NCBI RefSeq assembly: GCF_021028975.2
Contig: NC_059440.1
Location: forward strand, 18,042,001 to 18,106,000
Length of the DNA stretch: 64,000 bases
Origin: Sphaerodactylus townsendi
Taxonomy: Eukaryota
Direction: 5' to 3'
Part shown: one piece after another, positions 25,252 to 38,187 of the stretch
Layout: each line of letters begins with the position of its first letter
How positions within the stretch are numbered: the first letter of the stretch is position 1
Program-made: the position numbers and the translations under genes
Notes under the pieces: generated by a model
The model's input: the letters and a program-made list of their open reading frames with translations, nothing else
Told to the model about the DNA's origin: nothing
Database searches by the model: none

Positions 25252-25581
25252 NNNNNNNNNNNNNNNNNNNNNNNNNNNNNNNNNNNNNNNNNNNNNNNNN
25301 NNNNNNNNNNNNNNNNNNNNNNNNNNNNNNNNNNNNNNNNNNNNNNNNNNNNNNNNNNNNNNNNNNNNNNNNNNNNNNNNNNNNNNNNNNNNNNNNNNNN
25401 NNNNNNNNNNNNNNNNNNNNNNNNNNNNNNNNNNNNNNNNNNNNNNNNNNNNNNNNNNNNNNNNNNNNNNNNNNNNNNNNNNNNNNNNNNNNNNNNNNNN
25501 NNNNNNNNNNNNNNNNNNNNNNNNNNNNNNNNNNNNNNNNNNNNNNNNNNNNNNNNNNNNNNNNNNNNNNNNNNNNNNNNN
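25252..25581. other. Assembly gap following a SINE 3' end (25149-25251)
   Basis: Run of N. Confidence 0.99.
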
Positions 25582-26792
25582 GCTCTATTCTCAAATCTCC
25601 AAGAATTTCCAAACCTGGAGATGGCAATACTATACCCTCCTAAGGCATTTAGCTCTGATTGCCCAAAGTTCCCCTAAAAATTATCAAGTGGGGAAAAATC
25701 AGAGCTCCTGGGTCCTGCCTGGGTTCTGAAAAGAAGAACCGGCTGCCATATTGGTTAGCAATCTGCTGTAAATTGGAAAAACAGGACAAGGGAAAGGGAG
25801 GAGAAAATTCTCAAGTTTTGCAAAAAAACAAACCAACCACACATGGCAATCTTTTGCTTGTCAGTCAGCAAGGACTTGATTGAGATCTCTAGATACCAGC
25901 CGGCTGTGCAAATCCTGTCCTGGCACCTGGCCAGGGGTGTTGAAGGCCTTCCTTTCTCCACCCCAAAGTCACTGGGCCAGCTGTTCACATTCCTACCCGG
26001 GAGTATGATACTTGACAGGCACACTGCAGATATTTTGTGATTTCTACATTCCCTCCCCAGAGAATGGTGCACCTGCTATTACAGATACATGTCCCAACAA
26101 AGGAATCTATTTCTGAATACATTTTTGTGAACTTTTTTTTTCATTGCGGCAGGTCTTTTGAGTCAGCAAACATTGCAAAATTCAGCCAGGTGTGCAACTG
26201 AAATGCAGAATTGACATTAGAAGCGTGCTTGGTTTTGAATAAGGAGCTGGGTGCGAGATGCTTTGAAACTGGCGCTGAAGCCTTTGCCATGCTTTTGGAT
26301 GAAGGATGAAAAGCACTCAAACTATATCTGATTCAGAATGGGGGAATCATGCACAGTTAAGTTGCACCTGTGGTTCTGAACAGGGAATCATGCACAATTA
26401 AGTCATGCCTGCATTTCTGGACAGGGACGCATGCACAGTTAAATCATGTCTGTGATTCTGATTCTTATGGGAACTTCCCTCCGGGGGGTGGGGTGGGAGG
26501 AGTTCAATCAAGGGAATGGCAAGAGGAAGAAAAGAGGGAATTCCCCCTGCCCTGGCCCTAGTCAAACTCACTTCCTGTTAGGTCTTGGACCTTAAATCAA
26601 TAAATGGACTCTGGATTTTTGATCGGAAGTGTTTATTGAAGGCAGCAAGTCCCTAGCTTGAGAAAGTCAGTTCTGAAGGGAACCTGGCTTTCCTAGGTTG
26701 TGATAGCTCCACTCAAATCCCTCTCCCATTTTCCCAGCAAAAGTGTGAAAATACTTGTTTTAGGAGACATAGGCGCCTCAAGGTCACAAGGA

Positions 26793-27083
26793 GAGTTTGA
26801 ATTTATATTCCACCTTTCTCTCTTGTAAAGAGACTCAAAGGGGCTTACAATCTCCTTTCCCTCCCCGCCCCACCACAACAAACACCCTGTGCAGTAGGTG
26901 GGCTGAGAGGGCTCCGAAGAGCTGTGACTCGCCCAAGGTCACCCAGCTGGTGTGTGTTGGAGTGCACAAGCTAACCTAGTTCCCCAGATAAGCTTCCACA
27001 GCTCAAGTGGCAGAGCGGGGAATCAAACCCGATTCTCCAGATTAGAGTGCACCTGCTCTTAACCACTACACCACTGCTGCTCC
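26793..27083 (-). mobile_element. Squam3-like SINE, subfamily A
   Basis: Full-length reverse copy. Confidence 0.88.
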
Positions 27084-27740
27084 CAAGAGAGGAAGATATG
27101 CCACCCCTGTGGTTCAGCGGACATCCTGTTATCCGAGGACGGGTGGCTTCCCAGGGTTATGTCAAGTTATCTATGATTGGTGCGAAGCTGTAAACATCAA
27201 GGAGAAAGATACAGAGAGGAGAGACCCTTTTGCATATCCATCAGTGTGCATAGGAGCACTTTCAGGCCTTGGTCCTGACACATCTCCCATCTCATGGGCA
27301 TAGGGTTGCCAACTTCAGTTTGTAGAATCCTGGGGACTAGGAGGTGGTGCCCATGGAGGCTGGAGCTTGTTGCCCATGGAGGTTGGGAACCATGCGTGGT
27401 GGCTAGATTTGAAGATTAAATGAAAAGGGAAACGTTGTTAAGATGCCGGAGGAAAAGGAAGATGCAAAAACATCCCAGGGGGAAGGAGAGAAGAAAGCAC
27501 AATTTGTAATTTCATAACAAGGGCCCATGCAAATATTATAATTATACAACGTGATCATTTTGAAGAACAACGCGTTGCAATTAACACCACTGACACACAG
27601 GTTTTGTGACCTGTGGTTGTAAATTCCGTAAAACAAATCCTTAAAACCAGTTACATATCTAATAAATGATCATAAAAACACAATTAAAGTTTTTTTACTT
27701 TTATAGATTGTGATAGCCTGTAATAAGTGTAGCCAGGGTC

Positions 27741-27998
27741 CAGAGGCATATCTAGGAAAAATGTAGGTCAGTTCAAAATCGGAGTTTTCACCCCTCCCCC
27801 TGCCCCATATGGATGGCTGCCTTCCCCCACCACGACCAAACAACTTTTTTTTTTGCACCAGGTCATCTCCAAGTCACCATCAGATTATAGAACATGCCCC
27901 AACTTGGGGGGAAGGAGGGTGTGTGTGGGGTGTTTGACTATATGGCTGCAGCCAGGGGACATTTGATCCCATATGTCCCTCTGGGCAGTACGCCCTTG
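27741..27998 (-). mobile_element. hAT-type MITE
   Basis: Uninterrupted relative of 18270-19043, with TSD CCAGGGTC/CCAGTGTC. Confidence 0.75.
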
Positions 27999-29427
27999 CC
28001 AGTGTCTGGCACTGGAAAGATCTGATGTGTGTATGTGATTCTTATCTCATTTGCAGCCTAAACATGCTACTGTCCTGAATCAGGTCAGCCTAATAGCTAA
28101 GCATCACACGCTACGGGCCTCGCCTTTTCGAAGGGCCGGCGCTAAACGTTTGCAAGCTGTCTGCTGAAATCTGCATCTCGCTGTATTCTCACAATCGGGC
28201 AATGCTGTTGCCTACATGTTGGGGTTGCTGCATGAAATTGATGCCTTTCACTAAAGTGTCATTACCTGACTGTATAGCAAATGAAAAAAAATCGAATTAC
28301 TTTATTATGCAAGTAAATAATTTATATTTAAATATTTATGCACACTGTTTTTTTAAAAAATCGGTCCCCTTTAGAACATACGCTACAGATTAATCCAGCC
28401 CTATCTTGAATGATCGTTCTGGCTTATTGGACAGCCAGTCAGGTTGGCTTGGATGGTGGGTGAGGCTCAATGCTGTAATCAGGAGGGACCTCTGAACATG
28501 CACAGAGTGTGCTTCAGTCTCCAACAAACAAGTCCACTGGTTTCCTAAAGCGGCTAGTGTTTGAGGTCCAAGGTGGTTGCGACTTGCTTGGTCACCTTTA
28601 GACTTACGGCTCACAGAGTCAATCTCTAGGGTTGCCAGCTCTGGGTTGGCAAATACCTGCAGATTTTTGGGGTGGAGGCTGAGGATGGGGAGGGAGTGTA
28701 TAATCCTAGAGCCCACCTTCCAAAGCAACCATTTTCTCCAGTAGAACTGATTTGTTGCCAACGGTCATCCCAGGAGATCTTTCTTGGCCTTCTCAGCATC
28801 CCTGGGCTCTTAATCCTGGACCCTTTAAAGAAGAAATCAGCTACCAGAAAGGGGAAGAAAGAAGGATGAGATGCAGACCAGGAAACCTCTGGGTTTCCCC
28901 TCCCACCATTTACTTCCCTGGTTGTTTGTGGCACAGGGATTTCTTCTTGTGAGGAAACTATCACTTCTCTGACTGGTTTGGTGCTCTCGGTGGCAAGGGA
29001 CGGGTGTGGCTGGACATCCCATCTTTGGAGGATGAGGTGATTCATTCACGGATGCTGTCAACAGGCAATGTGGAGATGGACCATCCTGCAGCATCAGGCT
29101 AGATCGCAAGAGAGCGTAAGGGAAGGAAAACATTTGGGACGCCACAGCGCAGCAGGGGAAGGGAAGAGGGGCACACTTTTCCCGCCAAAAATATTGTTAT
29201 CCTACAGAGCTCACTGCTGAAAGATTATGCTGTCCTGGTCGGAGGCTTTGAGAAGGGGTTTGCCGATAAAAAGCTGTCAGCTAATCGGAGCCTTCGTCTT
29301 TGGTAACCAAAGAACTACAGACAGGAAAACACCATCATACTCAGGCCGAAGATGGACAGCCACTTCGGAGACAGGATGCTGGACTTGATGCTCTGATCCA
29401 GCGAGGTCGTTCATATGAAGAACAGGG

Positions 29428-29789
29428 CAGTGGTGGGACCCAAAAATTTTAGTAACAGGTTCCCATGGTGGTGGGATTCAAACTGGCCAATGGGGCTGGG
29501 TGGGCCATTCCGGGGGCGGGGCATTCCTAGGCGGGGCTGTGGCAAGGACACAGCCGCTGTGCCAGTCCTTGGGCGGGAAACGAATGCACGCAGGCGCAGG
29601 CTGCCACGCACGCCGGTGCGCCTTCTGCTAGACTGCTTCAAGTTCCAGGTGCTACTGCTGAGAGGAGGGGCGTAGCTAAGGCAAAAATCAGGTGGCAAAA
29701 TCACCAATTAGTAACCCCCTCTCGGCACACACAAATAATTAGTAACCTACTCTCAGGAACCTGTGAGAACCTGCTGGATCCCACCTCTG
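29428..29789. mobile_element. GC-rich hAT MITE, 362 bp
   Basis: TIRs CAGTGGTGGGA and TCCCACCTCTG, with exact 8-bp TSD GAACAGGG. Confidence 0.88.
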
Positions 29790-30209
29790 GAACAGGGTTT
29801 TTGCATTGCTTGTGATAGCCCAAAATGGAGCCCTCATGTTCAGACATAACATATATTTCATTATCAGTTGCCAGGGACAAGAATGGTTGTTTTCCTATCC
29901 TGCTGATGTGCTCCCGAGAAACATTTGGTTGTCCACTGTTGGAAACAGTATTCTGGATTTGACAGACCTCTGGCCCGGCCCAGTAAGTGGATCCATACAT
30001 TCCTGTCTCCTGATCAGCTTTGCGAAACAGCCGAGCCGGCAAGATTTCACACACCCTTTCTCTGCCTCATCCTAACTCATTCCTTTAAAAAAAAAATCCT
30101 GGCTGAGATTTAATTTTGCCCAGTTGGGAAAAGGGGAAAACCAGTCCTCCCAGTCGAGGAGACGAGCTCTATCCTTGAAGAAGCCAAGATCCCAGCTTGC
30201 AATGATGAT

Positions 30210-30320
30210 CAGGAATCCGGGAGAACTGGTTTGAGCCTCGGCGTCTGTTCATGCTGGATGGGGCTTGGGAGACTCCACCCACCGTCGAGACATATAATTT
30301 CCCCAAATTTACCACCTGCA
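30210..30320 (+). promoter_or_regulatory. CLDN4 core promoter with Grainyhead-like (GRHL) site
   Basis: AATCCGGG-AG-AACTGGTT (30214-30231), a CACCC box, TATAAT at 30293-30298 and an E-box at 30313-30318. Confidence 0.7.
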
Positions 30321-30407
30321 GCTCACTCACACGGGCACATCTACGGTTGCTGCAGCTTTCCCATTTCCAGCCCAGCGACAGGTGCAGGGAGCCGGGAGCC
30401 GGGCATG

Positions 30408-31037
30408 ATGGCGACCATGGGGATTCAAGTGTTGGGCATCACGCTCTCCGTCATTGGCTGGCTGGGGTCCATCCTGTGCTGCGCCCTCCCGATGTGGCGC
30501 GTGACAGCGTACATAGGCAACAACATCGTGGTAGCCCAGATCATCTGGGATGGCCTGTGGATGAACTGCGTGGTCCAAAGCACCGGGCAGATGCAGTGCC
30601 AGATCTACGAGTCCATGCTGGCGCTGGCCCAGGACATGCAAGCCGCCCGGGCGCTGGTGGTCGTCGCGATTGTCCTGGCGGTGGCGGGGATCTTTTTCGC
30701 CATCATCGGAGGGAAGTGCACCAGCTGCGTGGAAGACGAGACGTCCAAGGCCAAGATCATCATCTTTTCCGGCATCATCTTCATCCTGTCCAGCCTCATG
30801 CTCCTCATCCCCCTCTGCTGGACCGCCAACATGATCATCCGGGACTTCTACAATCCCATGGTCCCCGACAGCCAGAAGCGGGAGCTGGGCGCCTCGCTGT
30901 ACATCGGCTGGGCCGCCTCCGGCCTGCTCCTCCTTGGAGGGGTGCTACTCTGTTTCAACTGCCCCCCTAAAAACGAGAAACCGTATTCGGCAAAGTACAC
31001 GGCGACCCGATCCGTGCCGGCCAGCAACTATGTCTAA
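30408..31037 (+). CDS. CLDN4: Claudin-4, 209 aa (210 aa from the adjacent ATG at 30405), single exon
   Basis: [10 protein letters not shown] start, GGKCT, and C-terminus [19 protein letters not shown] closely matching the CLDN4 tail. Synteny with CLDN3 and METTL27. Confidence 0.93.
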   Translation: MATMGIQVLGITLSVIGWLGSILCCALPMWRVTAYIGNNIVVAQIIWDGLWMNCVVQSTGQMQCQIYESMLALAQDMQAARALVVVAIVLAVAGIFFAIIGGKCTSCVEDETSKAKIIIFSGIIFILSSLMLLIPLCWTANMIIRDFYNPMVPDSQKRELGASLYIGWAASGLLLLGGVLLCFNCPPKNEKPYSAKYTATRSVPASNYV

Positions 31038-31624
31038 GAATTAGCCCGTCTCCCTGCTGTGCGGGTTGTGCATGGGACTTTCTGCTACCACCCCACTGGG
31101 GGGATATTTAAGACTGTGTTTCTTCTGTGTTGGACAGGTGTTCCTTCCATGACTTAACAACCATATGCTGTGACCGGAGCTCCTCACCCTGATTCTGAAA
31201 GCAGGCATCGTTCTCCTGTGTTCAGTCTTTTGAGGAAGCATCTCGGGTGCAGAGTGTTAAAAGGGAGAATGTGATTGGTTGGGGTGCTTGCCACTTTCAC
31301 CCGCCAGAACTACACGGAGAACGAGCTTCACAGGCAGCTGTTTTGGACTATGGCCAAAAGGTTTTTTTTTTTCACGGTCATTCATCGGATTTCAGTTTTC
31401 AAAGCTGGACTGGGGAGGTTGAAGGCCTTGTCTCTGTTGAAGGGCTTTCCGTCAGCACTTGACTGGAATGGAGTGGACAGCAGCAATGCAGTTTGAGGTT
31501 TGTGAGTCTCTCAGTCTCTAGGGCCATCTCTGGTTGCCTAGAACTTGAAGGCTAACCCACACTGGTGTTGCATGATGGCTGGGAACCTGGAGACAGACTC
31601 AAGAATACAGGTCTGCTCTTGTGG

Positions 31625-31935
31625 TGCCGGTGTGGTGTAGTGGTTAAGAGCAGGTGGATTCTAATCTGGAGAACTGGGTTTGATTCCCCACTCCTCCACC
31701 TGAGTGGCAGAGGCTTATCTGGTGAATCAGATGTGTTTCTGCACTCCTACAGTCCTGCTGGGTGACCTTGGGCTAATCACAGTTCTCTCTGAACTCTCTC
31801 AGCCCCACCTATCTCCCAAGGTGTCTGTTGTGGGAGAGGAAGGGAAAGGAGCTTGTAAGCCACCTTGAGTCTCCTTACAGGAGAGAAAGGTGGGGTATAA
31901 GTCCAAACTCTTTTTCTTCTCCTTCTCCTCTTCTT
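31625..31935 (+). mobile_element. Squam3-like SINE, subfamily B, in the probable CLDN4 3' UTR
   Basis: Full-length copy with a CTT-rich tail. Confidence 0.88.
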
Positions 31936-32982
31936 GTTATTCTGGACCCGGGGACGAGAACTGGCAAATGACAGTAAAGGACTTTCAGGGTCATATGGGG
32001 TCTGGCTCATGGATAGCTCATTGCTTGTGGGTTTGGGTAAGGATTTAAATGAACACAGAGAAATTAACACCGTGTGTGCGCTTCCCGCCCTTCCAAAACC
32101 GCAAAAGGTGAGAGCCACACCCTGTCACTGGATGGGCTAACACATCCTTGCAAGTTTTCAAAGTATATGGGCTTTCTCAGGTGTAAGCCATTCACCAGCC
32201 TGACTTTTCTAATGTCAGAAGATGAGCGAAAACTTGAATAGGGAAGCGAGTGGTAGCGTGGGAGAGAAAGGCCAGCTTTAGAATCTTTGCAGGACTTGTA
32301 ATTTCGCTTTGGAACCTGCTGTCAGTGCTGAGACCCTCCTTGGGTCTTTTTTATCAACACAGCTTGGCTGCACAGGGTGGTACTCTGACCGTGTGCAGAG
32401 TGCCTTGCTGACACCACTGAGTAATTATAACTTCAGTTCTCCATTCTGAGGAAAGAGAACTTCCAGTCCAAAGCAAATGGCTTTGAGGAACTTGTGAACA
32501 CCTCAACCTCCTGTTTTAGAAATTATAGTTTTCATTTCCTCTTTCCCATGACCCCAGCTCTGTATGTTTGGAAAGCACTATCCGTCGGGAGAATTCTTGA
32601 GAACTCAACCTATTTTGAATGTCACGGCCTGTTCCTGTAGCTGATGGAACAACCAACTGGTGCCTCTGAGCAGGTGCGAAGTGTCCTCCTTGCAGTACTG
32701 AGTAACTGACTAGAGATGCGTCAGGATTTGCCTTTTGAATTGGTCCTATTTGCCGGACCACCATGGGGGTGTTGTGAGAATGTTCCCCCTCTTTCTTGCA
32801 GGGTTGGTTATTCCGAGCTGCCCGTATCAGGGATCATCGTAACCAGACAGACGAGAAGTCGATGCTTTTGCCCTTCTGTTGTTCTGTATTCCCTCCCCCT
32901 CCATATTTTATGTCATAACTTTAAATCATATTTTATTTGTTTGTAAGCTATGTTAAAGTGTATGGAAAAGCAGCCTGTTTTG

Positions 32983-33002
32983 AATAAATAGTGTTCAATA
33001 AA
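32983..33002 (+). terminator. Probable CLDN4 polyadenylation signals
   Basis: Tandem AATAAA at 32983 and 32997, preceded by U-rich and followed by GU-rich sequence. Confidence 0.6.
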
Positions 33003-35245
33003 TGTGTGTATATATGAGGAATCAAGGGCTTCTCTCTCGTTTCTCTCACTCCGTTCTGCCCATTGAAGCCAAAGTGGAGACCGTCGACAAACCTCTCTGT
33101 CTCATCCTCCATGTCTGTTATGCGGGGGTAATTCATCTCCGCTAACCTGCAGGGTCATGACAAAACATCTTGGATCACTTGAAAGGTTCTGTTGCGTGGT
33201 TAGTGGCATCAAAACCATTGTTGACCTGTGTTTTCACATGTTAAATGGTTTTTAAAGATCACAGTCCTGTTTTGGATTGTCTCTTCCCACTTTTATTGTA
33301 TCGCTTCGTTGTTCGCTTATATTATGCTGCCTTATTTCTATCACGGATCTTAAAGGCGGCACCTGTGGGTGAGAGAAGGGCTTCTTAGTAAATCTCCCAT
33401 TCATCCACGTATCAGACCCAGATCTCTTGGCTTCAACAAGACAGAGTACCACGCCACGCTTGGATTTCTTTTTGGATTTCTTTTGGATGGTTTTGTGCTG
33501 GATCTTAAACTGTCTGGAAGGCCCATTTTTAGAGAGGTGGGTTAGAAATGTTGCGACCAACCTTTAAACACACACGTGCATGCACACGCACACGCACTTG
33601 TGGCTTTTACAACACCTCCCACACAAGTGGGTGCAGCACCAGAAACGGCAATGAATTGTGTGCTGGTGAAAAGTGCAGCCAAGTCACGGCCGACTTATGA
33701 CAACCCTGCAGGGTTTTCAAGGCAAGAGAGATTTGGAGGCAGTTTGCCGTTGCCTGCCTCCACGTGGGCTGAGAGAGTTCAGAGAGAACTGTGACGGGCC
33801 CAAGGTCACCCAGCAGGCTTCATGGGGAGGACTGGGGAATCGAACCCGGTTCTCCAGTCTAGAGACTGCCGCTCTTAACCACTACACCATGCTTAATAAT
33901 ACACACATCTTAGTAATATAGACGTGGCTTAGGGCACTGTCCCACACCAAGAAGCTTCTTTCTCTACTGCTTCACCCTTGATGGCGGGATATTTTTGCTG
34001 GCTCATAGAACAAAGGAGACCACAAAATGGAGGGGCCACAGTGCATTGGCACTGGGGCAACGAGGGAGTGCCAGAAAAAATGGGTCAATATATGTGAACC
34101 CTCTCTTCCTTCCCAGCATCAGATCCAGTCAGTAGTCGGGGCCTATTGCTGAGCCACCTGTGTTTTTTTTTCTGCCGTCAAACTTCCTGGTGTTGCCCAC
34201 TTCCAGCAACTTGCATCCAAAGGTATGCTGCCTCAGAACATGGAGGTTCCATTCAGTAGCTGTAGCTAATAGGAGCCAATGCACTTAATCTTTGATGAAA
34301 GGGTTTAATCCCCCTTACAGCCATTTAAGCTCAAGGCCAACAGTACCTCCCATGGCAGCGAGTGTCACAACATTTGGAGCCTTTCACATCCGAGATCACA
34401 GTAATTCTTACTAAAATGATTTTGATTTTTTATTTTTAAAAATTATATTTCACATCCTGCCCTTTCCCAGCACAAGCTCAGGGCGGCGAACAAATTAAAA
34501 ATTATTCCGTACCTAGACAGTAGCAATCTAGTCAATGAATAATTCAATAAACCTGTTTGAAACCAGCAGACTTATTAAAACAGCTTATCCAATATTAACC
34601 CCTCCCTTCCTAATTTAAAAATTTCTTAATAGAAAAGGGAAGGGAGGGAAAAGAAAAGAAAAACCCTGCAAGAGGGTGGGGGTGGTTTGGGAGGCCAGAA
34701 ACACTGGAATAAGTTGGAACTGCCTCAGCTTTCAATCCACTTTCAATGCACTTTGCAGCTGTGTGAATAGCCCAGTGGAACTGTACAGGGGCCCTTGGCT
34801 CAGCAGACGGGGTCCTTTCCACACAAATCACCTGGAGCATTTCCAAAATGTCTGCAAAACGTTTTCGATCCCCTCCCATTTGTTCGCACTCGCCCCCTCA
34901 AAACGTTTCATGGCCACTGTGAAAGGTTATTTCTCTCCTTTTTGGCTATTTGTAGAAGCAATACTTTGAAGACCCGTGGATTCTCTGGTGCTGTCCAGGT
35001 TCCTAGTCTGGCATCTTAATGACTGCACCATGCTGGCACTCTCAGAGTCTCTGGACCCTGGGAAATGCCAAAGCTCGCAGGCTGCCGCCAATGCTGGTGA
35101 TGCGTTTTCAGCTTGTGTTCTGGAATGCCTCTTCCCAGCTCCGCAAGTAACATTCCAGTGTTGGGCTCAGAGGCAGGGTAAGGAGCAAATTGGAATGGGG
35201 GTACTAATTCCCTGTGGGAAAGGGCTGTGGCTGAAATCCAGAGCA

Positions 35246-35422
35246 NNNNNNNNNNNNNNNNNNNNNNNNNNNNNNNNNNNNNNNNNNNNNNNNNNNNNNN
35301 NNNNNNNNNNNNNNNNNNNNNNNNNNNNNNNNNNNNNNNNNNNNNNNNNNNNNNNNNNNNNNNNNNNNNNNNNNNNNNNNNNNNNNNNNNNNNNNNNNNN
35401 NNNNNNNNNNNNNNNNNNNNNN
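35246..35422. other. Assembly gap
   Basis: Run of N. Confidence 0.99.
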
Positions 35423-35755
35423 CCCCCCTTTCTCTCCTGTAGGAGCTCACAATCTCCTTGCCCTTCCCCCCTCACAACAAACACCAGCAGCAGCAGCATT
35501 TGGATTTATATCCTCTTTTCTCTCCTGTAAGGAGTCTCAAAAGGTCTTCAATCTCCTTTCCCTTCCCCCACCCTCAACAACAAACACCCTGTGAGGTAGG
35601 TGGGTCTGAGAGAGTTCCAAAGAACTGTGACAAGCCCAAGCTCACCCAGTTGGCATGTGCTGGAGATAAGCCTCCACAGCTCAAGTGGCAGAGCGGGGAA
35701 TCAAGCCCGGTTCTCCAGATTTGAGCGCACCTGCTCTTAACCACTACACTACTCT
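35423..35755 (-). mobile_element. Squam3-like SINE with a duplicated 3' segment
   Basis: Reverse copy at 35499-35755 plus a second 3' piece at 35423-35484. Confidence 0.75.
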
Positions 35756-35837
35756 GACGCTCCCAGGAAGGAACTGCTTGAATCCTCAGAGATATGGAAA
35801 CCGCCTCCAACTCACTTTGCAGGTGGTGTTCATACTA

Positions 35838-36096
35838 GAACATAAGAACATAAGAACTAGCCTGCTGGATCAGACCAGAGTCCATCTAGTCCAGCATTCT
35901 GCTACTTGCAATGGCCCACCAGGTGCCTTTGGGAGCTCACATGCAGGATGTGAAAGCAATGGCCTTCTGCTGCTGCTGCTGCTCCTGAGCACCTGGTCTG
36001 CTAAGGCATTTGCAATCTGAGATCAAGGAGGATCAAGATTGGTAGCCATAGATCGACTTCTCCTCCCTAAATCTGTCCAAGCCCTTTTTAAAGCTA
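35838..36096 (-). mobile_element. CR1 LINE 3' end
   Basis: Reverse complement of the CR1 3' UTR with a (TTCTTATG)n tail. Near-identical to 38188-38487. Confidence 0.88.
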
Positions 36097-36711
36097 TGTG
36101 GTGGGGGCACCATTGCTAGATGTGGTGGGGGCACCATTGCTTGCCTCCCCCAAATCTTCATGTGTCAAAGACTTGGATTTCTTAATAGAAAAAGGGTGCT
36201 GCTGCTGCTGCTGCATATGCAGAACATTCCTCTGAGCCAGATCCTGTTGCCCCATCCTGACAAGGCGGCGCTGCTGGAAAAACAAGCTCTGGAATCGCCT
36301 GCTTAGGTTTGACCATCTTCCAGCCAGATCCTCTGCATTCCCAGTGGTGAGCTGCACCCACAGCCAGCAAAGCAAACTACCTACCTTGGCTGCCTTGTTT
36401 TGGCAGTGCAGTCAAGCAGGGGAAAACAGGGGTGAGGCACCTTGCTGAGTGCTGACTGCCCTTGCTGTACCAATTTTGCTTTAGAGAAGCTCAGTCCTGG
36501 AGCAGACGGCTTTGCAGGCAGGTACAAGTTCAGCTCCTGGCATCTCCAACGCAAGAGCTGCAGGGGTTGAGAAATACCTTTCTGTGTCTGGGACCCTGGA
36601 GAGCGACTGCCAGCCCAAGGAAGCGATGCTGGGCTTGGTAAATCAAGAACCTGAGTTCATTTTTTGTCTTCCCCCCTCCCTCAGTTGACAGAGTGTCGAT
36701 AGAAGAGTCTA

Positions 36712-37120
36712 TGGCCATTTACACGCTTGTGGTCTCCTTTGTATTGAGCAAACATTCCCTTCAGATTAGATTCTCGGTTGTGCACATGTTTTCCCTTCTT
36801 AGGAACTCACTGTGCTCCCAAATCAGAGAATCCCTGTAGTTTTCAGAAACCTGTAAAAGTGTGACTTTTTCTCTCCCTTCGCAGGGAAAGCAAAGGAGAT
36901 CACCATGCATTTCATCAGTTTCATTGGGGGTTTTTTCACTCCACCTTTCCTCACTCACACAACAGTAGTTTCTCTCACTCTTTGGGCCACCATTTCAAAA
37001 GGATCAGACGGGGCTTTCCTTTCTTTTCTTTTCTTTTTTGAATGCTGAAGATCTACTGCTGAAGCAATAGACCCTTGAAATTGACATGAAATTGACATGG
37101 TGTAGCAAAATAACACTAAT
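36712..37120. mobile_element. Old interspersed repeat (probable DNA transposon fragment)
   Basis: Colinear with 50348-50708 (gtgactttttctctccc..gcagggaaagcaaagga; gacatgaaatt; agcaaa.taacacta). Confidence 0.55.

Positions 37121-37135
<15 letters not shown>

Positions 37136-37181
<46 letters not shown>
37136..37181. repeat. (CA)n microsatellite
   Basis: Read directly from the sequence. Confidence 0.97.
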
Positions 37182-37185
<4 letters not shown>

Positions 37186-38187
37186 GCAGAATGAACAAGG
37201 AAGCATTGGGCATGTAAAATGGCAGCTTGGCTTGGCTGGGGACCCTTTTCAGGGGAGATAAATAAAATAAATATGCAAATAAAAAAACCCACAGGAAAAT
37301 CCCACCGTGAAGCAAACAGTTGTGGGGTAAGTAGTGCGTGCATAAATAGCAAATGCCACCCAGGACAATATCAGCCCTTCTTAAATAATGCCTTCCCTGG
37401 GTGATGTGTCATCTGTGGATCAGAAGTGAAGCTTGCAAAATCTGTTTGGGGTGCAGAAATTGGTGCGTAGGCAGCATCCGAATGAGTTTCCAGTAGCACA
37501 GTTCAGCTGAGCTGTGTTTCTGGGTGTGTATGGCAGCACTGTTTGGCATCTGGCTGCTTCTACAGACCACAATGGAGCCCAGATGTGCCAGCTGTTTAGT
37601 TATGAGATTGCTACTTCTAGGACGTTAGGTGGTCTCCTTTCTTTGGGTCCAAGGGTTTCTAAAACCTTGCAGTTGGCACCTGAGGTTTCACAACAGTACC
37701 TTTGTCAGGGCCTGCTCTTATCAAAAGCAAAACAAATGATGCAAGACGGCTTCTCCTCCCCAGCAACACCCAAACTGCACCCTCCTTGCAAAGCCAATAT
37801 GATGTTGTTTGTCTCCTGAGCACTGACACCCTGAATTATTTTGCCCCCAAGTGATCTGGCTGAGACATCTGTCATCTCCTTGATCACCAAGGTTGATTCA
37901 GCTGACCTGGCTGGCAAGGTGGGTGTCCCCCACCTCCCTCACCACTCCATGTGTGTCCCTCCTGAAGCTGCGCACTCAGCGGAAGAGGACAACCATTCCA
38001 GATAGGAGTGTACCATTCTTCAATCAAAGAAATATGGTAGCTGCACTCCCCTGCTACAACCTCCAAACAAACTCAAGGTCCAGAGTTACTTTCTCCCCAA
38101 AATGGTTCCTTCAAGGAGCTAGCTTAGCCAAAACCTATTAAGAGAAACCAGCTTTCTTCTCTGTGATTTTTTAAAAAAATGTGCATC

